The notes beneath the pieces were generated by a model. It saw only the letters and a list, made by a program, of their open reading frames with translations. It had not been told where the DNA came from and ran no database searches. DNA of 64,000 nucleotides from an uncultured delta proteobacterium (lineage in GTDB: Bacteria > Myxococcota_A > Polyangia > Fen-1088): the NCBI GenBank assembly GCA_963755125.1, contig CAVWIP010000017.1:128001-192000 (forward strand). The letters are read 5' to 3'. The position numbers and the translations under genes are program-made. Below, piece after piece: positions 17,691-30,071 of this stretch. Position 1 is the first letter of the stretch, and every line of letters begins with the position of its first letter.

Positions 17691-19955
17691 ATGAAGTTCG
17701 TCTGCGATCGCTGTCAGACCCGCTACTCCATAGCGGATGAGAAGGTCAGACAGCGGATTCTTCGCATCCGCTGCAAGACCTGCAACAACGTCATCACGGT
17801 GCAGGCTGGCGAGGTGGTCCCTGGTCCGCAGGATTTCTCTCGGCGGCCGGAGTCCGGCGTTCGGTCCAGTTCTGCGTCGGCCGCGCGCCCCTCGTCGAAA
17901 TTGTCGCGCCCGCCTTCTGGGCTGCACGAGTGGTTCGTGGCCGTCGACGGGGTGGAGCACGGGCCGCTTAGCTGCGCCGATGCGGCCAAGTACATTGTGT
18001 CGCGCAGGCCGGAACAGTCGGTCCATGTCTGGAAGGAAGGAATGGATGGCTGGAAGGCGCCCAAGGACGTCGCGATCATCGCTCAGGAAATAAGCGCGCT
18101 ACGGCGGCCGCCCATCGGACCATCACAAAACCCACTGCCGGCGCCGGCCCGCACCGACTCGTCGTCCACTCCTCGCCCGCTGTCTCCGCTGTCCGATTCG
18201 GCGCCCAGGCTTCGGCCTCCCGGGTCTAGACCTAAGCCTCCGCCGGCTGGAGCTTCTGGCTCCGGCCCGAAGCTGCCGCAGCCTGGTTCGGGGCCGAAGT
18301 TGTCCCCGCCCATTCCCGGATCCGGCCCCAAGGTGGCACCGCCGCCCATTCCGGGATCAGTGCCCAAGGCAGCACCACCGCCCGCATCCGGATCCGGCCC
18401 CAAGGCACCGCCGCCGGTTACGGGGTCTGGCCCGAAGGTGGCGCTGCCACCGGTTCCCGGGTCAGGTCCCAAGGCGCCGCCGCCGGTGTCTGCGTCTGGC
18501 CCCAAGCCTGCGCCAGCCGGAGGGTCTGGCCCGGAGGCGGAGCGACATCGGGCTTCGGTCTCCGAGCCTCGGGTCGGAACGCCCGTCTTGGGACCGAAAC
18601 TGCCGCCGCCAAGTTCTGGCTCCGGACCTAAGTCGCCGCAGTCGGTATTGCTGGACTCTGTCGCGGAAACGCCTCCACCTAAGTTGGGCGGAGGAGCGCC
18701 GCACCCAGTGCCCAAGTTGTCGGTGGTTCCGTCGCCGAACAAGGGGCCGGGCTTGCCCGGCCTGACACCCCTGAGCGCGCCGACACCTTCGCCGGCGTTG
18801 GAGTCAGAATTCGACAAGGCGCCCACGACAAAACCCGAGAAGCGCCCGTCCGGGGATCGAGGAGTCGCGTCGCCGGGCACGCGTGTACCGGACATCCAAC
18901 CGGCGACGGTGCCGCGCGAGCGGATCCCTGAAGATGACTTCGACCAGGGAGAGAAGACGCCACCGCCCAAGGCGCCCTTGCCGCCCATCGTGGCAGGGGC
19001 GGGCGACGTTCGTGCTGGGAAGAACTCGCCGGTGTCGACCTTGGCCTTTGCCCACCCGCCGGCCCTGCCACAGCCGCCCGATGTCTCGGCCAGCGGCTCA
19101 ACCGCAGCGCCCGCGGTCACACTTTTGGGTGCGCCAGCCGCTTCGGCGGGTTCCTTGTTCAGCAATCTGGCAGCGCTGCCTGCCGTGCCTGTTTCAGTGC
19201 CCCACGCCGAGGCTGGCCTGTCAAAGTTGACCGGGCTGGCGGCGCTGGTTCACCGGCATCGGCACCTCAAGTACGTGGTTGCAGCCGGCATCCTGGTCAT
19301 CCTGGTCATCCTGGTCATTTTGCTTTCCTGGCGAGGTGAGGGCGGAGGAACCACCGGGTCGGTTTGGCGGCGGGCACCGCGTGCCCCGCAAGCCTCGCCT
19401 GCGAGTGAAGCCGAAACTCCCCCGCAGGACGAGAACACGGTTGCACCGGGAGGCCGGCCCAAAGCGCGAGCCGCCGCTCGGGCCGGGTCCAGGCGATCGG
19501 CGGTTGTTCATTCCGCAAGCCCGTCGGGAAAGGCGGTCGCGGTCGGAGACGATCCCTTCGAGGGACCGTCGCCTCCGTCCCATTCTGCCGAGCGGCCGGT
19601 GCCGGTGATTTCATCAAGCCAGTCCCGCCGTTCGGATCCCGGCCCGTCGGGCGGCGCGGTCAGAGAGGTTTCTCAGGCGCAGATCAGTGAGTTGGTGAGA
19701 AACAAGGAGAACCAGGCCGGCATCAAGTCGTGCTACGAGCGAGCGGCCAAACGCGATGGGCGGATGCGCGAGGGCCGACTGGATATCACGGTGTCAATCG
19801 GCGCAACCGGGGTTGTGCAGCAGGTGCAGGTCCACGGCCCGTCGGACTTCCTGCTCATCGACAGTTGCATCAAGAACGCCATCCGGCACTGGCGCTTTCC
19901 CGCCAACGTGGAGGAGTACGCGATGAGCTTCCCGCTCATCCTGCAGGGGGAGTAG
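17691..19955 (+). CDS. AgmX/GltJ-like protein: zinc ribbon, GYF_2, Pro-rich linker, TM, TonB-C-like (AgmX/PglI) domain
   Basis: CDRC...CKTC zinc ribbon; WFVAVDGVEHGPL...VWKEGMDGW; TM helix; IKSCYER...CIKNAIRHWRFP. Confidence 0.8.
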   Translation: MKFVCDRCQTRYSIADEKVRQRILRIRCKTCNNVITVQAGEVVPGPQDFSRRPESGVRSSSASAARPSSKLSRPPSGLHEWFVAVDGVEHGPLSCADAAKYIVSRRPEQSVHVWKEGMDGWKAPKDVAIIAQEISALRRPPIGPSQNPLPAPARTDSSSTPRPLSPLSDSAPRLRPPGSRPKPPPAGASGSGPKLPQPGSGPKLSPPIPGSGPKVAPPPIPGSVPKAAPPPASGSGPKAPPPVTGSGPKVALPPVPGSGPKAPPPVSASGPKPAPAGGSGPEAERHRASVSEPRVGTPVLGPKLPPPSSGSGPKSPQSVLLDSVAETPPPKLGGGAPHPVPKLSVVPSPNKGPGLPGLTPLSAPTPSPALESEFDKAPTTKPEKRPSGDRGVASPGTRVPDIQPATVPRERIPEDDFDQGEKTPPPKAPLPPIVAGAGDVRAGKNSPVSTLAFAHPPALPQPPDVSASGSTAAPAVTLLGAPAASAGSLFSNLAALPAVPVSVPHAEAGLSKLTGLAALVHRHRHLKYVVAAGILVILVILVILLSWRGEGGGTTGSVWRRAPRAPQASPASEAETPPQDENTVAPGGRPKARAAARAGSRRSAVVHSASPSGKAVAVGDDPFEGPSPPSHSAERPVPVISSSQSRRSDPGPSGGAVREVSQAQISELVRNKENQAGIKSCYERAAKRDGRMREGRLDITVSIGATGVVQQVQVHGPSDFLLIDSCIKNAIRHWRFPANVEEYAMSFPLILQGE
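18219..18632 (+). repeat. Coding tandem repeat, about 11 copies of (P)nxGSGPK
   Basis: Visible in the translation of 17691-19955. Confidence 0.8.
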
Positions 19956-19984
19956 TTCTCTGCTTCGCAAGTGAGGCACGGTCG

Positions 19985-20116
19985 GTCATCGTCGAGATTG
20001 AAACCCAGTACCGCCCGCGTTCCCTGGGCTCGGCCAGCAAGCTGCGAACCTTTCGCGACGCGCTTCGCATACTCGGGACCATCGTCACGCTTTTCTTCGA
20101 CGCATGGCCGTGCTGA
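19985..20116 (+). pseudogene. C-terminal remnant of a family-2 glycosyltransferase
   Basis: VEIETQYRPRSLGSASKLRTFRDALRILGTIVTLF resembles the GT2 (DPM1-like) ExPxxYxxR...SKLxxxxDG motif. No N-terminal part is present. Confidence 0.6.
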
Positions 20117-20212
20117 GGCTGGCGGCGATTCCGAGGCCGCTGGACGGTTGCAAGGTTGCGAGCCTGTCGCGGACCCTCGCACGGGTGCTCGGGGACAAGT
20201 ACACTTCCCGCG

Positions 20213-23032
<2,820 letters not shown>

Positions 23033-23049
23033 CGCTTTCGGCGATCTTC

Positions 23050-25494
23050 GTGCCTGTGACTCCCGTCGAGACCAGCCCGCCCGAACGGTCTCTGGCCGCC
23101 AGCAAGCGGACCTGGCGTTTGGCCTTGCTACTCGTCGCACTCTGCCTGGCCGTGGCTCATCTGCCCATCTTCTTCGGTCAGATCGTCTTCTTCCGCGACC
23201 TCGCGCACTGGAACTTTCCTTCCCGCTGGTTCTTGCGCGCTTCCGCGCGGGCGGGTGATTGGCCCACATGGGATCCTTTGCGCGGTTTGGGTCTTTCCAC
23301 CTTCACCAACCCGCTCTACGGTCTGTTCTATCCGCCCAACTGGCTGTTCGCAGCGGGCGGGGCAACCCTCGCCACGGGCATGCTGACATGGCAGTGTCTG
23401 GCCCACCTGATCGGGGGTGCCGCGGGCGTGTTCTTCGTGGCGCGGCGGATCGGTGGCCAGGCTGCCGGGGCCTGCGTGGCCGCACTGGCCTGGGGCCTGT
23501 GCGGCTACACCACGTCGCAGTGGTCGGCCGGTTTCCTGCTGTTCGCCGATGCCTGGGTTCCCTGGATCACCCTGGGCTGCCTGTGCCTGCTCGACGATTT
23601 TCGACGCGGTATGGGTTTGGCGTCGGCGTGGAAGGTGGCGCTGCCGGTCGCCGCTGTGTTCCTGCTCGGCGAATTCTTCCTGGCCATGATCGGTGCCGGC
23701 TTTGCCTCCATGTTTTCGCTGGTCTTGCTCGTGCTATGGCGCGAGCCGGGAATGCCCGCCCTACGAATCTGGTGGCTGCTCGGCCTCGCTCTCGCGCTGA
23801 GCCTGGGAGTCGGGATGGGAGCCGTGGCTCTCATCCCCGCGTGGATGGGCGCGCAGGGCACCGATCGCGCGGCGCCCCTGCTCGCCGCGGTGGCCGAGGC
23901 CTGCTCCGTCCACCCGCTGCGCCTGATCGAGTTCGTGGCCCCGTGGAGCATGGGCAACCCCTACACGTACTACCCTGCCTCTCGGTGGGTCGGCGAGCCA
24001 GGACTGGGAGGGTTGCCGCTCTCGCAGGGCATGTACCTGGGTGCCAGCGTGGTGGCTCTGGCCATGGCTGCGTTCGGGTGGGAGAGGCCGCGCGCTCAGC
24101 GACGCAAGTACGTCGTTTCCCTGGCTCTGGCGATCCTGTTCGGGGCAACGCTGCTGGTGTCGATGGGTCGATACACGCCTGCCCATGCTCTGTTGCGGGC
24201 GATGGTGCGGCCGCTGGCCTACATGCGTTTTCCCGAGAAGTACTTCGTGCTGCCAGCCTTGCTGCTCGCCTGGTTGGCCGCGCTGGGAACCACGCGCGTT
24301 CTTGCGGGCGGGCCTCAACCATGGCGGCGCACCGCCGGACTGGCCCTCTTGCTTGTGCTGCTGGCGGCGCTGGCACCCTTGCTGTTTCCACCGGACTGGC
24401 GTGGCTATGTCAGCGGCGGCGCCAGCCGTGGCGCGGTCGCGGTTCTCGCCATCCTGGGCACGCAGTGGCTGGTGGCGCGACGTCCGAGGCTGGCGCAGGT
24501 GCTGGTGGTGGCTACGGCGTTCTTCGATCTGGCCAGCGCCTGCTGGCCCATCCAAGAATTCGCGTCTCTCGATCTCGCGCTTTCGCGTCCCCCGGCAGCT
24601 CGCGCCATCCTGCTCGATCGCGGCCGTCGGCCAGAGCCTCCCCGCTTTCATCTCGACGGCGGCACCAGCCAGGAGGTGTGGAAACACGTACGGGCGTCAT
24701 CGCAAGCCGAAGTCGAAGCCATCTTCATGCAGATGCTCAATGCCAATCTGCCGGCGGTGTGCGGGATTGCCTCGGTCCCCGGCTACGATGCCGCGCTTTC
24801 CCCGGCACAGACGGCTTTGTGGGCACAGGCGACAAACCCGCACTACGACCAGCTGCGTCTGTTCTCCGTCGACTACGTCATGCTTCCGCGCGACCAGGTG
24901 ACCGATAGGCGGGCCGCCTCGGCGGGGCTGGAGCCATTGATGGATCCTCTGCCCGGCGCCCGACTCTATCGGGTGCCAGATTCCTTGCCCCGCGTTTTTC
25001 TCGCGGGCCGGGCAGAGCCAGCCACCGATGATCGGGCCATGGCCCGCAGCGCGGAACCCAACGTCGTCACGGGTGGCGTGGTCCTGCTGGCTCCCGAGGT
25101 GCAGAGTCAGTTTCTCGACGCGCCTGCCGGCCGGGCCGGTGATTGTACGCTGACCTTCTTCTCGAACGCGCGGTTGATCGCCTCCTGTACTGCCTCTCGC
25201 CCCGCCCTGGCCACCTTCGTCGAGCAGTACGCGCCGGGTTGGCGCGCCCGTGTGGATGGCGTGGACGCGCCGCTGGTGCGCGCCAATGTTCTCATGCGCG
25301 CCGTGCCGGTCGGCGCCGGCACGCATGAGATCGTACTCGAGTACAGTCAACCCGGCCTGCGCACGGGCGGTCTGCTTTCCCTGCTCAGCGTGTTCTTGCT
25401 CGTTGTGCTGGCGGTGCTGATGCCAGCGATCCGCCGGCAGTTCGGGGCGGGCCAGACCGGCGGCGGCTGCGCGCCCGGCCGCCGGACAAGTTGA
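23050..25494 (+). CDS. YfhO-family multi-pass membrane protein (GT-C-like)
   Basis: WPTWDP...G, MRFPEKY and C-terminal YAPGWRARVDG...ANVLMRAVPVGAGTHEIVLEY motifs. Confidence 0.85.
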   Translation: MPVTPVETSPPERSLAASKRTWRLALLLVALCLAVAHLPIFFGQIVFFRDLAHWNFPSRWFLRASARAGDWPTWDPLRGLGLSTFTNPLYGLFYPPNWLFAAGGATLATGMLTWQCLAHLIGGAAGVFFVARRIGGQAAGACVAALAWGLCGYTTSQWSAGFLLFADAWVPWITLGCLCLLDDFRRGMGLASAWKVALPVAAVFLLGEFFLAMIGAGFASMFSLVLLVLWREPGMPALRIWWLLGLALALSLGVGMGAVALIPAWMGAQGTDRAAPLLAAVAEACSVHPLRLIEFVAPWSMGNPYTYYPASRWVGEPGLGGLPLSQGMYLGASVVALAMAAFGWERPRAQRRKYVVSLALAILFGATLLVSMGRYTPAHALLRAMVRPLAYMRFPEKYFVLPALLLAWLAALGTTRVLAGGPQPWRRTAGLALLLVLLAALAPLLFPPDWRGYVSGGASRGAVAVLAILGTQWLVARRPRLAQVLVVATAFFDLASACWPIQEFASLDLALSRPPAARAILLDRGRRPEPPRFHLDGGTSQEVWKHVRASSQAEVEAIFMQMLNANLPAVCGIASVPGYDAALSPAQTALWAQATNPHYDQLRLFSVDYVMLPRDQVTDRRAASAGLEPLMDPLPGARLYRVPDSLPRVFLAGRAEPATDDRAMARSAEPNVVTGGVVLLAPEVQSQFLDAPAGRAGDCTLTFFSNARLIASCTASRPALATFVEQYAPGWRARVDGVDAPLVRANVLMRAVPVGAGTHEIVLEYSQPGLRTGGLLSLLSVFLLVVLAVLMPAIRRQFGAGQTGGGCAPGRRTS

Positions 25495-25519
25495 CCTGCC
25501 TACTTGGCTCCCTTGAGCC

Positions 25520-26656
25520 CTACTGCGAGCGGGCGATGCAATGGCCGCCCCCGGTGTCCTGGCGGCAGAGACCCGCAGCGCCGCAATCCGTGTCGCTGGC
25601 ACAGGCCTTGGGCGCACAGTATGCGGTTCCTTGTCCGCTGCTGGGCGGGGTCTTGAGCTGGTAGCCCAGCAGCGACGGGCCGGGAGCGGCGCAGGTGAGA
25701 AGTGGGTCTTCATCGCACTGGAAGCTGGAGGAACAGGGCAGCAGACAAAGCTCGCGGCCGTCGCCGAACACCGCGCAGTCGGAGCCCGCGGGGCACAGGG
25801 CGCTGGTGCAGTCGCGCGTGCACATGCCCAGGGCGCCCAGATCCGCACACAATCCGGTCACGCAGTAGTCGTTGCGGAGAACGCCGTTGGCGTCGAGGCA
25901 GGGGCTGCCTAGGTCGGCCGGCACGTCGGCAAAACAGCCGTGGGCCGAGGATGCGGCGTTGGGCCACCCGGGAAGGGTGCGGCAACGTAACCCAGCGGTG
26001 CAGTCTACATCGGTGAGGCAGGGAGGCAGGCAGAGTTGGGTCTGCCACGGCTCAGCGAGGCCGGCGCTCGCGGCTGCTGTCTCCAGGTTCGCGCACACAT
26101 CTCCGACGGGGCAGCCATCTTTCTGGCACAGGGAGGTGCACATGCCGCCCAGCGGTCCGGTGGTGCACGGGCTGGCATCCGAGCACAGGCAGTAAAGACC
26201 TTGAGCGCACTGCTGGTCGGCCTGGCAAGGCGCACCCAAGCTGTTGGCCAGCACGACGATGAAACCGGGCCGCGTTCTGGTCGCCACGCCGCCGGTCGAA
26301 CCGACACCCACCAGCGTGACATCGAACGATCCGGGCGTGGCGTAGGTGTGCGATGGGGTGGCGGAGGTGTCGTTGGCGGTGCCGTCGCCGAAATTCCAAA
26401 GGTACTGGCTGATGACCATGGTGGCGACCGGGGTGAATTGCGCGGTGAAGGGAGCCGTGCCCGTACAAGACGGCACGGTGGAATCGAGCGACGGGCAATT
26501 CGCCACGGTGAAGTCCACGACCAGCGGCAGCGGGCCGGCGTCGATGGGCGGGGCCGCGTCCGGGGCCGCGCCATCAGTCCCCGCGTCCGCCACGGACGAT
26601 GAACGGCTGGCGCAGGAGGCAAGAAGCAGGAAAGGCAGGACACACCGGCGCGCCAT
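25520..26656 (-). CDS. PKD-domain, Cys-rich lipoprotein
   Basis: LASC lipobox, YLWNFGDG...PSHTYATPG PKD motif and CxxDxxC repeats. The true start must lie downstream of the tRNA. Confidence 0.8.
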   Translation of the reverse strand: MARRCVLPFLLLASCASRSSSVADAGTDGAAPDAAPPIDAGPLPLVVDFTVANCPSLDSTVPSCTGTAPFTAQFTPVATMVISQYLWNFGDGTANDTSATPSHTYATPGSFDVTLVGVGSTGGVATRTRPGFIVVLANSLGAPCQADQQCAQGLYCLCSDASPCTTGPLGGMCTSLCQKDGCPVGDVCANLETAAASAGLAEPWQTQLCLPPCLTDVDCTAGLRCRTLPGWPNAASSAHGCFADVPADLGSPCLDANGVLRNDYCVTGLCADLGALGMCTRDCTSALCPAGSDCAVFGDGRELCLLPCSSSFQCDEDPLLTCAAPGPSLLGYQLKTPPSSGQGTAYCAPKACASDTDCGAAGLCRQDTGGGHCIARSQ

Positions 26657-26673
26657 CGCGGGATTGAACAATC

Positions 26674-26749
26674 TGGGGTGGACGAGGGGTATCGAACCCC
26701 CAGCCGTCGGAGCCACAGTCCGATGCTCTACCATTGAGCTACGTCCACC
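26674..26749 (-). tRNA. tRNA-His (GTG)
   Basis: GGTGGACGTAGCTCAATGGTAGAGCATCGGACTGTGGCTCCGACGGCTGGGGGTTCGATACCCCTCGTCCACCCCA: cloverleaf, G-1, GTG anticodon, TTCGA loop, encoded CCA. Confidence 0.95.
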
Positions 26750-26806
26750 AGAACTTAATGTTTTCAAATTGTTATCTGTACTTCTTAGCCCTCGTTTTTT
26801 GCCCTC

Positions 26807-26835
26807 GTAACCACGGCGTAACCAACGGTACCGTT
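26807..26835 (+). repeat. 29-bp direct repeat, copy 1
   Basis: GTAACCACGGCGTAACCAACGGTACCGTT matches 29445-29473 at 28/29 positions. Confidence 0.85.
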
Positions 26836-27110
26836 CTCCGACCCCGGACGGCTGAGTGATACCACGTCCCCACCGGAGTGCGAAAGGTCTACCCGCACGG
26901 CGTCGAAGTTCTCTTCCCTGAGGTGTTTGGGCCGAAGGTGCGCTTAGCGCTCCGTGGTGATCTCCGTGCGGCCGAACACGGACGCCGGCGGCGGAAACTG
27001 AGAGCTACTTGATCCAGAACGCGGGTGACGCAGGATTTCCGGTCAAGTTAAACATACGCCGTTCTGCTTGGTCGTGGTCACGCTACCCGTGCCGACGAAG
27101 CTGGTCGCGG

Positions 27111-28280
27111 TCAGAGCTGCAGGGTGAATGTGTTGTCGGCGTCGGCGGGCACGGCTTCGGCCTCGGGAAAGAACTCGTTGAAATACGGCGAGTAGCTGCT
27201 CACGTTGATGGCGCCATTGGGCTGGAAGGTCAAGATGCGCAGGAAGCCGTCACCATTCCCCGTGGGGTCCGGGGGCTGGGAGACATCCTGGTAGTCGGCG
27301 AGCATCTGATGCACGGGCGGGCCGGCGTCGCGCGTGCTGGTCAGGTGGGCCTCGGCGTGAACGTGTCCGCACAGCACCAGGCGCACGTTCGGATTGTTCA
27401 CGATCAGCTTCTGCCAGATCTGTTCGCCGTCGTTGACACCGCCGGGTAGCTGTTCGACTCCGTAGGTGTGGGGATTGAACGCCTGATCGGTCCGTGTCGC
27501 GTAGTCGTACCGGGTGCCATCCGAGTAGAGATATGCGTGGGTGACGATGATGGCATTGGCCGAAACGTTGGCCTTGAGGATACCGTCGGCCCAGGTCAAA
27601 ACGGCATCGCGCGGCCCGAATTCCAGCGAGATGATCAGCCAGGTCTGTCCCTCGGCATCGAACAGATGATAGCTGTTGCTCGCGCTGGCCGGATCGTAGG
27701 TTCCCTTGAAGCCTGGCTGGATGGCCTGCAAGTTGGCCAGCGGGAAGTACGAATCGAACAGTGAGGTGTCCCGGCTGGTGGCGCCGCCCGCCCCTGGGTA
27801 GTCGTGATTGCCGATGGTCAGCACGTAGGGGACGTTCCCGTCGAGCAGGTGCATGCTGTGCGAGGCGTTCTGCCACTGATCGTCCACATCGTTGTCGACG
27901 ATGTCGCCCTCGTGCACGACGTACAGGATATTGCGCGCGGTGGCTTGGTTGACGATCCAGTTGGTCTGGGCGTCGAACCGATCCGGATACGAGGCTGAGT
28001 AGTACTGCGTGTCGGGTAGAACGACGAGTGTCCACGGCATGCGAAGAACCGTGGATGGCGCCGAATCCGCCCCTGCTTCACCAGTGAGCACCGCGTCCGC
28101 TTCCGTTCCCGAATCCACGTCGGGTGGCTCTGGGGCATCGCTCGCGACCTCTGAACCGCCTGCATCTGCTGTGGCTCCCCCTGTGCCGCTATCCGGCGGA
28201 ATAGGCGTCGCGGCTGGACCGCAGGCCAGCAGCAAGACCGCAGGGACGGTAAGAACGACGGTTTTGCAGTTAGTCATCAT
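27111..28280 (-). CDS. Calcineurin-like metallophosphoesterase lipoprotein
   Basis: LLAC lipobox; LPDTQ, HEGDIVD, GNHD, VTHAY and LCGHVH motifs. Confidence 0.88.
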   Translation of the reverse strand: MMTNCKTVVLTVPAVLLLACGPAATPIPPDSGTGGATADAGGSEVASDAPEPPDVDSGTEADAVLTGEAGADSAPSTVLRMPWTLVVLPDTQYYSASYPDRFDAQTNWIVNQATARNILYVVHEGDIVDNDVDDQWQNASHSMHLLDGNVPYVLTIGNHDYPGAGGATSRDTSLFDSYFPLANLQAIQPGFKGTYDPASASNSYHLFDAEGQTWLIISLEFGPRDAVLTWADGILKANVSANAIIVTHAYLYSDGTRYDYATRTDQAFNPHTYGVEQLPGGVNDGEQIWQKLIVNNPNVRLVLCGHVHAEAHLTSTRDAGPPVHQMLADYQDVSQPPDPTGNGDGFLRILTFQPNGAINVSSYSPYFNEFFPEAEAVPADADNTFTLQL

Positions 28281-28494
28281 GACCTCTCCCTCTTGTTGCG
28301 CCACAACCTAGCAGCGCGTTTGCAGCCCAATGTGACAAAAACGCAACGGCCCTGGCCCCGACAACGCCACTCGGGCCAAAGCCAATCGCGACCACTCAGC
28401 CACGGATGAGTGGCGCGAGAGATCAGCCTCCCCGCCAGGCACCCAGGAGGCGAGGCCAGCAACCGACACCGGGTTCGGATAACATGTCCGTTCC

Positions 28495-29208
28495 ATGCCA
28501 ACCCGCGTTCTCTTGATCGATGACGATGCTCGCCTGGTCGAGATGTTGGGCGGAGACTTGCGTGGGCACGGGTACATTGTGGACTGCTGCGGCGACGGGG
28601 AAACCGGAGTGCAGGCCCAGCGGCGCAACGGGTACGACGCCATCATTCTCGACGTGATGCTGCCGGGAATCGACGGACTGGAAGTGTGCCGCAGGATGCG
28701 CGCCTTTTCCGAGGTTCCCATCGTGATGCTCAGCGGGCGGGGAGACGACATGGACCGTATCGTGGGCATTGAGGTCGGCGCAGACGACTACATCCCGAAG
28801 CCGTTCAACCCGCGGGAGTTGCTGGCGCGCCTTGCCGCGGTCTTGCGTCGCACGCGCCGGGGAGAGCGCGAGGTGGCCGAGCGGCTGTGCCTGGGGCCGC
28901 TGGAGATCGACCGCGCGACACGCGAGGTCCGGGTGCGGGGCGAGCGGCGCGAGTTGACCGGCCGGCAGTTCGACCTGCTGGTTCTGCTGGCGGAGCGGGC
29001 AGGACGGGTGCAGACACGCGACCAACTCATGGACGCGCTCAAGGGCGAGGAATGGGACAATCGGGATCGGAGCCTTGATGTGCATATCTTTCGCATCCGT
29101 CAGGCGATCGAAGAAGACCCCCGACATCCTCGTCTGGTGCAGACGGTGCGAGGCGTGGGCTACGTCTTGGCCTCCACGCCCGGAGGAGCCGGAACGCACG
29201 AGCTATGA
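28495..29208 (+). CDS. OmpR/PhoB-family response regulator with no adjacent kinase
   Basis: LIDDD, ILDVMLPGIDG, GADDYIPKPF and winged-helix end IQTVRGVGY-like (VQTVRGVGY). Confidence 0.92.
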   Translation: MPTRVLLIDDDARLVEMLGGDLRGHGYIVDCCGDGETGVQAQRRNGYDAIILDVMLPGIDGLEVCRRMRAFSEVPIVMLSGRGDDMDRIVGIEVGADDYIPKPFNPRELLARLAAVLRRTRRGEREVAERLCLGPLEIDRATREVRVRGERRELTGRQFDLLVLLAERAGRVQTRDQLMDALKGEEWDNRDRSLDVHIFRIRQAIEEDPRHPRLVQTVRGVGYVLASTPGGAGTHEL

Positions 29209-29444
29209 ACCCTTTGCAGCTACGAGCCAAGACATTCTGGAGTTCTGGGTACGCCGTGAAAAGCGGCGTGTTCCCCGAGAAAGAGAGGAGATCCACCATG
29301 TGAACGTAGACGATCGCCCCGAGCTGACCTTTTCAGACACGCTCTGAGAAGAACCTGGGAACCAACCTGGAGCGGGGCACGCTGGCTATCAGGAAGGTCA
29401 ACCCGGGCCCGTGGGACACGCCCTTGATGACGTCGTTCTCACCT

Positions 29445-29473
29445 GTAACCACGGCGCAACCAACGGTACCGTT
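29445..29473 (+). repeat. 29-bp direct repeat, copy 2
   Basis: GTAACCACGGCGCAACCAACGGTACCGTT. Confidence 0.85.
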
Positions 29474-29625
29474 TTCGGTACCAAACCGGGGTCATCGCGG
29501 ATGATCAGTCCCTCGTCAAGCAGGGAGGCGCGCCAGGACGATCTTTTGCTGACCATCTTTTGCAGTTGACGAGGCAAGCCCCTAGCTCCGAACATAGGAC
29601 CCTCTTCAACCCGGTGAGGCAACAT

Positions 29626-30045
29626 ATGCATAGATACGCAACCTGTTTCTTGTTGTTAGCTAGCCTGTCCATTCCGGCGCTTGCACGCGCCGGGGAGGCC
29701 GATGATCTGCAGCGCATCATCGAAGACAACCGGCAGACGGCGAATGACCTCGAGCGCCTGGATGAGCAGAAGGCGGCCGGAACGGAACTGACCTTCCTGC
29801 GCACCTGGCTGGATCGAGCCTGGAACCTGCGTTCGCAGGAGAAATACGACGAGGTCCGTGTGATCACGGATCGCTGCAAGGCCCAGGCCGACATGATTCG
29901 CGAGAAAATCACGGCTGCCAAGCTTGGCGCTCAGGCCGCCCAGAAGGAAACCGAGGTGGCGCGCAAGCGCGCTACGCTCGATCGCACCAAGAAGGCACTG
30001 GAGGCCGCCAGGGTCCAGAAGATCCGTCTGGGGGGCAAGTCGTGA
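29626..30045 (+). CDS. Secreted helical/coiled-coil protein
   Basis: Signal peptide ending PALARA; helical; directly upstream of the OmpA-family gene. Confidence 0.7.
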   Translation: MHRYATCFLLLASLSIPALARAGEADDLQRIIEDNRQTANDLERLDEQKAAGTELTFLRTWLDRAWNLRSQEKYDEVRVITDRCKAQADMIREKITAAKLGAQAAQKETEVARKRATLDRTKKALEAARVQKIRLGGKS

Positions 30046-30071
30046 TTAACCTTCGCATTGGGAGTTTCGTC

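Noticed and set aside
26657..26767. N-terminal extension of the PKD lipoprotein
   Set aside because: It overlaps tRNA-His; the signal peptide begins at 26656.
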